From Verrucomicrobiia bacterium (GTDB lineage Bacteria > Patescibacteriota > Saccharimonadia > Saccharimonadales > JAGQNK01), in NCBI GenBank assembly GCA_035489575.1, contig DATHJY010000011.1:84514-148513 (forward strand): a stretch of 64,000 nt of DNA, written 5' to 3'. The notes beneath the pieces are model-generated. The model was given only the letters and a program-made list of their open reading frames with translations, ran no database searches and was not told the origin of the DNA. The translations under genes and the position numbers were made by a program. This document shows positions 19,451-29,800 of this stretch, piece by piece (the stretch's first letter is position 1; each line of letters opens with the position of its first letter).

Positions 19451-19903
19451 GTGAGGGCAATCAATCACGCCATGACCGGTGCCCTTATCGGGTTGACCGT
19501 AAGCAGTCCGGTCATAGCGTTGCCCCTGGCAGTGGCTTCACACTTTGTCCTCGATAGTATTCCGCACTATGCTGACGACGAGCGAGTACCCATCAATTCT
19601 AAAATCTTTGCAATCGAACTTGCTGTAGACGCCTTGCTTTGCGGGCTTTTGGTATTGGCTCTCATGGCAAGAACACCTGATAACTGGTTTGTACCCAGCC
19701 TTGCCGCTCTAGCTGCCGCCTCGCCAGATTTTATGTCTATCGCCAGATACCTCCGTGGCATACGCCGCGGTGACACCAGCAAGGACAGCAAATATACCAT
19801 CAGACAATTTCATACCCGCATTCAAAACGAATCACCCAAGGCCTGGCCGGTAGAGGTTATATGGGCGTTGGGTTGTATCGTGCTGCTTGCGCGGGCGACA
19901 TAA
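19451..19903 (+). CDS. Small membrane protein (YdjM/DUF457-like?)
   Basis: 150 aa with a GTG start directly after the hisS stop. Hydrophobic helices; HFVLDSIPHY motif. Confidence 0.5.
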   Translation: MRAINHAMTGALIGLTVSSPVIALPLAVASHFVLDSIPHYADDERVPINSKIFAIELAVDALLCGLLVLALMARTPDNWFVPSLAALAAASPDFMSIARYLRGIRRGDTSKDSKYTIRQFHTRIQNESPKAWPVEVIWALGCIVLLARAT

Positions 19904-19944
19904 GGGGTAGAAAAACGTAATCATATCTGTTAGGATAAAAAACT

Positions 19945-21228
19945 ATGCAAGTAAAAAAGACTCAACCATCAGAGACAGAAGCCGTTCTAGCTGTTGTAGC
20001 TGACGCCAAAGAGCTCGCTCCCATAAAAGAACATGTCCTCACTCATTTCCAAAAAAACACCAAAATACCCGGCTTTCGTGCCGGCAAAATCCCAGGCGAT
20101 CTACTAGAAAAGAGTGTTGACCAAAACGCGCTCCAAACCCAATTCCTAGAAGAAGCAGTCGAGCAACTCTATGTTGCTGCTGCCCGCGAAGTAAACCTGC
20201 GCCCCGTAGACAATCCTCAAATTTCTATCAAGAAATTCGTGCCATTCACCACCCTCGAATTCGAAGCCACTGTAGCTGTAGTAGGCGTCGTTACACTGCC
20301 TGACTACACCAAAATCAAAAAGACCAAGCCAGAGGTCAAGCTGACCGATGCAGATGTCAAAGAAGTTATCAAAAGCCTGCAAATGCGCGCCGCTGAAAAA
20401 AAAGACGTCAGCCGAGCCGCCAAAGATAGCGACCAAGTATGGATCGACTATACCGGCGTAGATGCCGACACCAAAGAATCTATCAATGGTGCTGACGGCA
20501 AAGATTATCCACTCGTCTTGGGCAGCAATACTTTTATTCCAGGATTCGAGCCAGAGCTCATTGGCCTAAAGGCTGGTGATGAAAAAACCTTCACCCTGAC
20601 TTTCCCTAAAGACTACGGCGTGGCCATGCTACAAGGTCGCAAAGTGACCTTTACCGTAACGGTCACCAAAGTCCAAGAAGTCGTCGAGCCAAAAGTAGAC
20701 GACGCCTTTGCGGCTAAAGTGGGACCATTCAAGACCCTCGCCGAGCTCAAAGCTGATATCAAAAAGCAGCTTGCCATCGAACGACAGCGGGAAGCCGATC
20801 GGAATTTTGAGTCACTCCTCATCAAAGAGATCAGCGACAAAAGCGCAGTAGCCATCCCCGACGTTCTAATAGCCGACCAAATCGAACGCCTCATGCAGGA
20901 GGTGCAGCAGAACCTCGTGTACCGAGGCCAGACCATCCAGGAATTCCTGGCAGCAGAAGGCAAAACCGAAGAGACATACAAATCCGATGTACTCAAACCA
21001 CAAGCTCATGACCGCGTAAAAGCCAGTTTGGTTCTGGCTGAAATTGCCGAAAAAGAAAAGCTAGACGTTACACCCGAAGAACTCGAGATCCGCATGCAGG
21101 TCCTAAAAGGCCAGTACAAAGACGAAGCCATGCAGGCAGAGCTAGAAAAGCCCGAAACTCGTCGGGACATCGCCTCTCGTATCCTTACCGAGAAGACCGT
21201 CAGCAAACTCGTCGCCTACACCGCATAA
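19945..21228 (+). CDS. tig: Trigger factor
   Basis: 427 aa with the GFRAGKIP ribosome-binding signature and a central FKBP-like block. Confidence 0.88.
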   Translation: MQVKKTQPSETEAVLAVVADAKELAPIKEHVLTHFQKNTKIPGFRAGKIPGDLLEKSVDQNALQTQFLEEAVEQLYVAAAREVNLRPVDNPQISIKKFVPFTTLEFEATVAVVGVVTLPDYTKIKKTKPEVKLTDADVKEVIKSLQMRAAEKKDVSRAAKDSDQVWIDYTGVDADTKESINGADGKDYPLVLGSNTFIPGFEPELIGLKAGDEKTFTLTFPKDYGVAMLQGRKVTFTVTVTKVQEVVEPKVDDAFAAKVGPFKTLAELKADIKKQLAIERQREADRNFESLLIKEISDKSAVAIPDVLIADQIERLMQEVQQNLVYRGQTIQEFLAAEGKTEETYKSDVLKPQAHDRVKASLVLAEIAEKEKLDVTPEELEIRMQVLKGQYKDEAMQAELEKPETRRDIASRILTEKTVSKLVAYTA

Positions 21229-21239
21229 GTTAGGGGCCC

Positions 21240-21494
21240 ATGAAAGAGAGCGGACCAGACCCCGAAGAAACCGAGCGGTTCGTAACAGTGGTTGAGTATA
21301 TTGACGGAGCGTTGGCAGTGGGAGGTATGGTGCTGATTGAAGTTTCAGACAACCCAGAAACTATCGAAGATGGTGCTCAAGAATTTACTTTTTGGTTTGG
21401 TGCTGCATCTATAGTCATAGCAGCTACTGTGGCCGTTGCCACTGGTCGCTACCGATTCCGAGAATACCGAAACAGCAAGAGACAAGACAACTAG
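21240..21494 (+). CDS. Small hypothetical protein with C-terminal TM helix
   Basis: 84-aa ORF between tig and clpP, followed by a terminator hairpin. Confidence 0.4.
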   Translation: MKESGPDPEETERFVTVVEYIDGALAVGGMVLIEVSDNPETIEDGAQEFTFWFGAASIVIAATVAVATGRYRFREYRNSKRQDN

Positions 21495-21520
21495 CACTCT
21501 TGACTTGAGAGTGCTAGTTT
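21491..21520 (+). terminator. Intrinsic-terminator-like hairpin
   Basis: ctagcactct tgacttg agagtgctag (10-bp perfect stem) followed by ttt. Confidence 0.55.
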
Positions 21521-21553
21521 CGGTAATATAGTGGTACATAAGGAGAAAGTTTT

Positions 21554-22144
21554 ATGCCCTTAGTCCCGACCGTTATCGAACAAGAAGGCCGCATGGAGCG
21601 CGCCTATGACATATATTCTCGGCTGCTCAAAGATCGCATTATCTTTTTGGGTGAAGACGTCAATTCGCACACCGCCAACCTGATAACCGCGCAGCTGCTT
21701 TTCTTGGACAACGAAGATTCCAAAAAAGACATCTACTTTTATATAAACAGTCCGGGCGGCAGCGTCTATGACGCACTGGCCATCTACGACACCATGCAAT
21801 TCGTAAAAGCCGACGTACAGACCTTTGGCATTGGTGTCCAGGCCAGCGCGGCAGCTTTCCTGCTGAGTTCCGGTGCCAAGGGCAAGCGCTTTATTCTGCC
21901 GCATGCCACTGTCATGATCCACCAACCCTCTAGTGGCACCCGCGGAAAAGTAACCGACCAAGAGATCGACCTACGCGAGTCTCTGCGTGTAAAGAAGCTG
22001 CTTGAACAAATCATGGCCAGGAACACCGGCCAAAAACCAGAAAGAATCCATGAAGACATGGAGCGCGACAAGTGGCTGAACGCCGAAGAGGCCAAAAAGT
22101 ACGGCCTAGTAGACAAAGTGATCCAGACTACTTCCAAGTCGTAA
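21554..22144 (+). CDS. clpP: ATP-dependent Clp protease proteolytic subunit
   Basis: 196 aa with [16 protein letters not shown], the active-site Ser context ASAAAFLL, and MIHQP. Confidence 0.92.
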   Translation: MPLVPTVIEQEGRMERAYDIYSRLLKDRIIFLGEDVNSHTANLITAQLLFLDNEDSKKDIYFYINSPGGSVYDALAIYDTMQFVKADVQTFGIGVQASAAAFLLSSGAKGKRFILPHATVMIHQPSSGTRGKVTDQEIDLRESLRVKKLLEQIMARNTGQKPERIHEDMERDKWLNAEEAKKYGLVDKVIQTTSKS

Positions 22145-22218
22145 CTATTTTCGAAATATCTCACACCCTAAAGCATCCCTAAAATGCTATCCTAGACATA
22201 GTAAACAAGGCTACCGAT

Positions 22219-22932
22219 ATGGTTGAGTCAGCACGTGGCGTAGATGATCTCCACTTCGAGCGTATGGATCCTTCAGCTCTATCAAAGGAACGATGGGATG
22301 AGGTTGTGCAGTTGCGCCATGACTACTATAGTCGCACGCTTCGGGGTCGACCTACGGGTCACGTCGAAATGTTCGTTAGTCATACCACTCAAGATTCCTG
22401 GGATAATCCTAACACCTCAGATCTTCGGGGTAGCTATGCCAGGGCCATGGTAGTGGCAGCTTTCGACAAGCACGATGACCTTGTCGGTTTCAGCTATACG
22501 GCCGACAACGCCTCTAGCGATCGACCCCAACCCCAAAACAGTGCCGAACGGCTTGCCAAGCTCTATCTGCCTCGGTATATCGAAGGCCGTTACCACTGGC
22601 AACGCGAGCTAGTAGACAACGGAGATGGCCGGCCGGGCCTGCGCGAAGCGTTAGCCGCACTCAGCATCAAAGGTAGGCTCAAGAATAAACAACACCTCCA
22701 ACCTATGTCTGTCTGGATCATGGGCGAAGAATATGACCTCCAGGAAGAAGCATCGGCCTGGGGCTTTACTGCCCACACCAAGCCCGAAGAACGTGGTATG
22801 TTTGGCGAGGGCACCATGCCTACGCACCTAACCATGTACAAGGCAAACTCTAAACTCGAGGTATTTGACCGGTTACTTGATCGGCCCAACGGGCAATCTG
22901 CCGTCTCTTTTGCAATGCAGCACGTCAAATAA
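22219..22932 (+). CDS. Hypothetical protein
   Basis: 237-aa ORF with no confident motif. Confidence 0.5.
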   Translation: MVESARGVDDLHFERMDPSALSKERWDEVVQLRHDYYSRTLRGRPTGHVEMFVSHTTQDSWDNPNTSDLRGSYARAMVVAAFDKHDDLVGFSYTADNASSDRPQPQNSAERLAKLYLPRYIEGRYHWQRELVDNGDGRPGLREALAALSIKGRLKNKQHLQPMSVWIMGEEYDLQEEASAWGFTAHTKPEERGMFGEGTMPTHLTMYKANSKLEVFDRLLDRPNGQSAVSFAMQHVK

Positions 22933-23063
22933 GCATCGAATATCTTGACATTAGAATCCTTATAACTCATACTTTTATCCTAAGAAGTAGTGTACGTGGG
23001 CGTGCTATGCACCAAAAATACCCAAGGTAGTAATCTTCATGGCCCCTCAAAAACCAAAACCAT

Positions 23064-23095
23064 AAAACATCCGACCGGATCCTTGGATGTTTTTT
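23064..23095 (+). terminator. Intrinsic terminator in the clpP-side / rpoB intergenic region
   Basis: aaaacatcc gaccggatcctt ggatgtttt followed by tt(t). Confidence 0.55.
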
Positions 23096-23097
23096 GC

Positions 23098-23259
23098 ATA
23101 GGAGTTTCGCACTTTCCCATCGTTGCCAGCTTGCATCCTGAGTACATCAGGAGCTTTTATCTCCGAGGGAGGCATAACTTTGTTACGTTGACCGAGGAAT
23201 GGAAGCTTCTGTGTGCTCAGGTGTGAGCTGGGGCGATGCGGAAAGTGGGAAACTCCTAT
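23098..23259 (+). promoter_or_regulatory. Structured rpoB 5' leader closed by a long-range stem
   Basis: ataggagtttcgcactttccc (23098-23118) pairs with cggaaagtgggaaactcctat (23239-23259) at 19 of 21 positions. Local hairpins inside include tcctga/tcagga and ggag/ctcc. Confidence 0.4.
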
Positions 23260-23299
23260 ATGTACCAAATCATTTATAACAGCGGGAGTATCAACGCGT

Positions 23300-26200
23300 A
23301 TGGCAAAAAGCTCACTCAGCGCAAAGGCAGCGCTCAAGAAGCGAACGTTTTTTACCAAAACTGACGATGTACTCGACATGCCGAATCTTGTCGACCATCA
23401 AAACCGATCATTCCAGTGGTTTATAGACGAAGGACTTGGCGAACTGTTGGCCGAGATCAGCCCTATAGACGACTACACAGGCACCAAACTTTCTTTGCGG
23501 TTCAAAGATTACCGTTTTGAAGACCCCAAAACGTCCGAGCTGGAAGCTCGCGAAAACAACGTTTCGTACGAGGCACCCCTGAAAGCTACCGTCGAGCTGA
23601 CCAACAAAGTCACTGGCGAAATCAAAGACCAAGAGATCTACCTGGGTGACTACCCATGGATGACTGCTCGTGGTACTTTTGTCATTAATGGCGCCGAGCG
23701 CGTTGTCGTAAGCCAGCTGATTCGCTCAGCCGGTGTTTTCTTTACTGCCGATCCACACGGTACGCACAATCTGTACGGCGCAAAGGTTATTCCTGGCCGT
23801 GGTGCTTGGCTAGAGTTCGAAACCGCTGCATCTGGTGCTCTCTACGTCAAGATCGACCGCAAGCGCAAGATTGCCGTTACCACCCTCCTGCGTGCTCTGG
23901 GTATGAGCGAAGCGCAGATCAAAGACGCCTTCAAACACGTTGACCAAGGCAAGCTGAACTACATCGATGTCACCATCGACAAAGACCCAGCTCGCGGCAA
24001 CAACGACGCCCTCATCGAGGTCTACCGTCGTCTGCGTCCTGGCGACCTGGCAACCGTAGACAACGCCCGCAGCTTGCTAGAGAACATGTTCTACAACTTC
24101 AAGCGATTCGACTTCTCCCGCGTAGGTCGCTACAAAATCAACAAGCGCCTGAACCTAGATATTGCTAATACCACCGAAAATCGCGTGATGCGCATCGAAG
24201 ACCTAGTGGCCATCATTGCCGAGATTATTCGCCTCAATAACTCGCAGGAACCAGCTGACGATATCGACAGCTTGGCCAATCGCCGCGTTAAATTGGTAGG
24301 CGAACTGGTTCAACGTCAATTCCGTATCGGTCTGCTGCGCATGGAGCGTAACACCAAAGACCGTATGAGTATGAGCGAAATCGAAACCGTCACGCCCGCC
24401 CAACTCATTAACGCTCGTCCTATTGTGGCTGCCGTTCGTGAGTTCTTTGCCAGTTCTCAGCTGTCACAGTTCATGGACCAGATCAATCCGCTTTCAGAGC
24501 TGGCCCACAAGCGCCGCCTGAGTTCTATGGGTCCTGGTGGCCTCAGCCGTGAACGTGCTGGCTTTGAAGTCCGCGACGCCCATGCTACTCACTATGGTCG
24601 TATCTGTGCCGTAGAAACTCCAGAAGGCGCCAACATTGGTTTGGTACTCAACCTGGCTACTTACGCACGTATTAATGAATACGGTTTCATCGAAACACCT
24701 TACCGCAAGGTCATCAACGCCCTTACAGCCAAAGATGCCGTCGGTTACATCGCCGCCATCAACCTAGATGTCGATGGCAAAGTGGTTGTCAAAAAAGGCG
24801 ACAAAATCACTGCCGAAGCAGCCAAGAAGCTCGCTACTGTCAAAGGTCAAATAACATGGCCGGTTAAATCTAAGGTTACCGACAAGGTTCTCTACTTGGA
24901 CGCTTCCGAAGAAGAGCAAGCAGTTATTGCCAGCGCCGGCGAAGAAGTCGATGCCGACGGTTACTTTGTGAACGACCGTATTTCTGCCCGGGCACGCCTA
25001 AAGGCTGGAGAAGTTGACTCAGACGACGTTACCCACATGGATGCTTCACGCAAGCAGATCATTGGTTCCAGCGCCGGCCTGATTCCTTTCATCGAAAAGA
25101 ACTATGTGTACCGTTCGCTCATGGGTAGTAACCAGCAGCGCCAAGCAGTGCCACTAGTGACGCCACAGGCCCCAATTGTCGGTACCGGCCTAGAGTCAAC
25201 AGCCGCTCATAACAGTGGTCAGTTGATTGCCGCCGAATCTGACGGCGAGGTCGTCAAGGCCTACGGCGACGAAGTCATTGTGAAGTACAAAGACCAGACC
25301 GTTACCTATAACCCGCTGCACTTTGTTCGTTCCAACGAAGGTAGCTCTATCAACCAAAAGGTTGTGGTGAACACCGGCGACAAATTAAAGGCTGGTGATC
25401 CTATCATCGAAGGCATGTCAATTGCCGACGGCGAACTCGCCCTTGGTAAAGACCTCGTTGTAGCCTTCATGCCCTGGAATGGTTACAACTTCGAAGACGC
25501 TATTATCCTCAGCCGCAAATTGGTCGAGGACGACACTCTTACTTCAGTCCATATTGTTGACTTCATGGTAGAAGTCCGCGAGACCAAGCTCGGTCCAGAA
25601 ATTGTTACCCGCGATATTCCAAACGTTTCAGAAGACGCCCTGCGTCATCTGGACGAAGACGGCATTGTCCGCATTGGAGCAGAAGTCCATCCTGGTGACA
25701 TCCTGGTTGGCAAGATTACTCCAAAGGGCGAGCAAGAACTCAGTTCTGAAGAGCGTCTGCTGCGCGCCATCTTTGGTGAAAAAGCCAAGGAAGTCCGCGA
25801 CACCTCACAGCGTATGCCAAACGGCAAGCACGGTAAGGTTGTAGGCGTAAAAGTCTTCTCTCGCGCTAACGGCCATGAGTTAAAAGCCGGTGTCATCATG
25901 CAAATCCAGGTCTTTGTGGCCCAGATGCGCAAGATTTCTGTTGGCGACAAGCTTGGTGGACGTCATGGTAACAAGGGTGTTATCGCTCGTATCCTACCCG
26001 TAGAAGACATGCCCTTCATGGAAGACGGTACTCCTGTAGACATCATCCTGAATCCCCTCGGCGTACCATCACGTATGAACGTTGGTCAGTTATTCGAGAC
26101 TCATCTAGGTATGGCCGCCCGTGCCTTGGGCATGAAAGTTGCCAGCCCCTCATTTAACGGCGTGCCAACTTCTAAGATTCACGAGCTTTTGACAGAAGCT

Positions 26201-26884
26201 GGCCTACCCGAAGATGGCAAACAACGTTTGTTCGACGGCCGCACCGGTGACGCCTACAAAGAGCGCACTACTGTTGGCTCTATGTACATGATCAAGCTCA
26301 ACCACATGATTTCAGACAAGATCCACGCCCGCAGCACCGGACCATACACCATGGTTACGCAGCAGCCGCTTGGTGGTAAGGCACAAAACGGTGGACAGCG
26401 ATTTGGAGAGATGGAAGTCTGGGCCCTCGAAGCTTACGGCGCATCCCACACTCTTCAAGAAATGCTGACTATCAAGTCAGACGATGTCTACGGACGCTCC
26501 AAAGCCTACGAATCCATCATCAAGGGTACCGAGATTGTCGGTCCAAAAGTTCCCGAAAGCTTTAACGTACTCGTGAAAGAACTCCAGGGCCTAGGCCTCA
26601 AGGTCGACCTGATGAGCAGTAGCAAGGTCATCGACGCCGAGGACGTACTGGCCGAGAACATCAAGGACGAAGCCAGCAATCTGCCTCAGGTAGAAGTCCC
26701 CGCACCAAGCATTTCCGATGTTGATGTCACACAAGATGTCTCCGCCGACGAATTTGTCGTCATGGAATTAGAAGACGATATTCCTGCCACAACAGTCATT
26801 ACCGCAGATGATTCTGCGAACGATGACGACGATACCGCCATGATTGGAACAGACGATACCGACGATAAAGAGAAGGAGGCTTAA
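23300..26884 (+). CDS. rpoB: DNA-directed RNA polymerase subunit beta
   Basis: ORF 23213..26884. Start moved to the ATG giving MAKSSLSAKAALKKRTFF. Conserved RpoB blocks throughout. Unusual acidic C-terminal tail (...DDSANDDDDTAMIGTDDTDDKEKEA). Confidence 0.95.
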   Translation: MAKSSLSAKAALKKRTFFTKTDDVLDMPNLVDHQNRSFQWFIDEGLGELLAEISPIDDYTGTKLSLRFKDYRFEDPKTSELEARENNVSYEAPLKATVELTNKVTGEIKDQEIYLGDYPWMTARGTFVINGAERVVVSQLIRSAGVFFTADPHGTHNLYGAKVIPGRGAWLEFETAASGALYVKIDRKRKIAVTTLLRALGMSEAQIKDAFKHVDQGKLNYIDVTIDKDPARGNNDALIEVYRRLRPGDLATVDNARSLLENMFYNFKRFDFSRVGRYKINKRLNLDIANTTENRVMRIEDLVAIIAEIIRLNNSQEPADDIDSLANRRVKLVGELVQRQFRIGLLRMERNTKDRMSMSEIETVTPAQLINARPIVAAVREFFASSQLSQFMDQINPLSELAHKRRLSSMGPGGLSRERAGFEVRDAHATHYGRICAVETPEGANIGLVLNLATYARINEYGFIETPYRKVINALTAKDAVGYIAAINLDVDGKVVVKKGDKITAEAAKKLATVKGQITWPVKSKVTDKVLYLDASEEEQAVIASAGEEVDADGYFVNDRISARARLKAGEVDSDDVTHMDASRKQIIGSSAGLIPFIEKNYVYRSLMGSNQQRQAVPLVTPQAPIVGTGLESTAAHNSGQLIAAESDGEVVKAYGDEVIVKYKDQTVTYNPLHFVRSNEGSSINQKVVVNTGDKLKAGDPIIEGMSIADGELALGKDLVVAFMPWNGYNFEDAIILSRKLVEDDTLTSVHIVDFMVEVRETKLGPEIVTRDIPNVSEDALRHLDEDGIVRIGAEVHPGDILVGKITPKGEQELSSEERLLRAIFGEKAKEVRDTSQRMPNGKHGKVVGVKVFSRANGHELKAGVIMQIQVFVAQMRKISVGDKLGGRHGNKGVIARILPVEDMPFMEDGTPVDIILNPLGVPSRMNVGQLFETHLGMAARALGMKVASPSFNGVPTSKIHELLTEAGLPEDGKQRLFDGRTGDAYKERTTVGSMYMIKLNHMISDKIHARSTGPYTMVTQQPLGGKAQNGGQRFGEMEVWALEAYGASHTLQEMLTIKSDDVYGRSKAYESIIKGTEIVGPKVPESFNVLVKELQGLGLKVDLMSSSKVIDAEDVLAENIKDEASNLPQVEVPAPSISDVDVTQDVSADEFVVMELEDDIPATTVITADDSANDDDDTAMIGTDDTDDKEKEA

Positions 26885-26885
26885 C

Positions 26886-29800
26886 ATGAGACGCTATTCG
26901 TACGGTACTAACATTGCCGACTTCGACGCCGTTCGCCTAGCAGTTGCCAGCCCAGAAGATATTCTGGACTGGAGCTATGGCGAGGTAACAAAACCAGAAA
27001 CCATCAACTACCGTACCCAAAAGCCAGAACGCGACGGCTTGTTCTGCGAGCGCATCTTTGGACCGGTCAAAGACATTAATCCGCACGACGCAAAATACAA
27101 GGGCGTCCGCTCCCGCGAGGCTGCCGTAGACAAGAACGGCGAGATCGTTACCAAGAGCATTGTCCGCCGCGAGCGCATGGGCCATATCAACCTAGCCGCA
27201 CCGGTTGCGCACATCTGGTTCCTTCGTGGCACCCCAAGTGCCATCGGCCTGCTCCTAGGTATGACCGTCAAGAATCTCGAACGCATCGTGTACTTTGCCA
27301 GCTACGTCATTAAGTCTGTCGACATCGCCAAACGTGACCAATACCTGGTAGACAAAGAAGCTGAATTCTCAGCCGCCAAAGAAGCCATCAAGGTACGTTA
27401 CGAAAAAGAAGCTGAAAAAGAAGACGCCAACGTCAAAGCCTTGGCAGAGATGCAAACTAAAGAGCTCGACGAAGTCACCACCGAGTTTGAACAGCTCAAG
27501 ACGCAACTCACTGGACTCGAGAAGTACAGCCTCATCAACGAGACCGATTACCGCTCACTGCCAGACGAACTCCAAGATATGATCACCGTCGGCATGGGTG
27601 GCGCTTCGCTACGCGACCTGCTGGTAGAGATCGAGCTTACCAAGCTCATCCAAGAGCTCACCGCCGAAGCCGAAGACGCCAAGGGCCAACGCAAGAAGAA
27701 GCTTATGAAGCGCTTGCGCCTCCTAGAGAGCATGGAACGTGCTGGTATCAAACCCAGCAGCATGTGCGTATCAGTTCTGCCAGTCATTCCTCCAGACCTG
27801 CGCCCTATGGTGCAGCTAACTGGTGGCCGCTTTGCAACATCTGACCTGAACGACCTGTACCGCCGCGTCATCAACCGCAACAATCGCCTGAAGAAGCTGA
27901 TCGAGCTCAATGCTCCAGAAGTCATCCGCCGCAACGAACAGCGCATGCTTCAGGAAGCCGTTGACGCCCTGATAGACAATAACAACGCCCGCAGTGGCCG
28001 CGCCGTGGCCGCAACCGGTCAACGTCGTCGCCTGAAATCTTTGAGCGACATGCTCAAGGGTAAGCAGGGACGTTTCCGCCAGAACTTGTTGGGTAAGCGC
28101 GTGGACTACTCTGGTCGTTCGGTCATCGTGGCCGGTCCAGAGCTCAAGATTTTTGAGTGTGGTCTGCCAAAGATGATGGCCCTCGAACTCTTTAAGCCAT
28201 TCGTTATTGGCTATCTCATCCAGAACGAGCACGCCCACAACATCCGCTCTGCCACTCGTATGATCGAGACAGGCGAGATCGAAGTATGGGACGCCCTAGA
28301 CGAAGTCATTAAGGGCAAGTATGTGCTACTCAACCGCGCACCATCCTTGCACCGGCTATCTATCCAGGCCTTCCAACCTCGTTTGATCGAAGGTAAAGCT
28401 ATCCAGTTGCACCCCCTCGTCTGTAAAGGCTTTAACGCCGACTTCGACGGTGACCAGATGGCTGTGCACTTGCCACTGTCTGATGGTGCCCAAGAAGAAG
28501 CTCGCACTATCATGGCCAGCAACATGAACCTATTGAAACCTGCCGATGGTTCGCCAATCCTGCACATCGAACAAGATATCGTGCTTGGTTGTTACTACCT
28601 CACCTACGACCGTCCAGGTACCAGCAAGAAAGTTGCCAACTTTACCGGTATAGAAGAAGCCATCATGGCCCGCGACGCCGGCGTCATTACGCTCCAAAGC
28701 CGGGTCCACGTGTCTTTCCGTGGTGAAATGCGTGACACAACACTGGGACGCCTCTTCTTCAACGAGATTTTCCCCGACGACTTCCCGTTCCAAGACGAAG
28801 CCATGACCAAGAAGAAGCTCAACAACGTCCTAGCATTGGCTTACCAGAAGTACGGCCAAGCCAAGACTGCGGCTATTGCCGACGACCTAAAAGACCTAGG
28901 CTTTGAATTTGCTACCATGTCAGGTCTGTCTATGGGTATGAGTGACTTTAGCGACCTCAAAGGACTAGATGAACTGCTTGCCCAGGGCGAAAAGACCGCT
29001 GCTAAAGTTAGCGAACAGTACGAACAAGGCTTCATCACTGACGAAGAGCGTTACCGCCTGACCGTCGAAACCTGGACAGAAACTGACGCCAAGGTGCAAA
29101 AAGCTCTGACCGAGCAGTTTGCTACCGAGGACAGTTCTATGTCCATCGCCGTCGTATCTGGCGCCCGTGGTAACATCGGCCAGGTCAAGACCGCTGTCGG
29201 TATGCTTGGTCTTATGGTAGACGCTACTGGCCGTGCTATCGAGCTGCCGATTCGCTCCAACTATAAGGGTGGACTGACACCACTCGAATACTTTACCGCC
29301 ACCCGTGGTGCCCGTAAGGGTATGATCGACACCGCCCTCAAGACCGCTGACTCTGGTTATCTGACTCGTCGCTTGGTAGATGTATCGCAAGATGTCTTTA
29401 CTATCGACGAAGCCACCAGCGACGACGATCCCGGCTTTGCCCAATTCCGCTCAGACGCTGCCGAGATTGGCGTGAACTATGCCGTTCGCCTCGAGGGCCG
29501 ATTTGCTGCCGAGAAAATCCCCAAACTGCTGAAGCGTGGCGACCTCATTACCACCGAACTTGCTAAGACTATTGATGAAGACGAGTCTATTGACGGCGTC
29601 AAGATCATGAGCGCCCTGTCCAGCACATCAGTCCTGGGCGTCCCCCAAAAGTCTTACGGTCTCGACCCCGCAACCGGCGAACTAGTAGCCAACCACCATC
29701 CTGTTGGTGTCATCGCTGCCCAGTCTATCGGTGAGCCTGGTACCCAGCTGACGCTGCGTACCTTCCACTCCGGTGGTTCAGCTGTCGCAGACGACATTAC

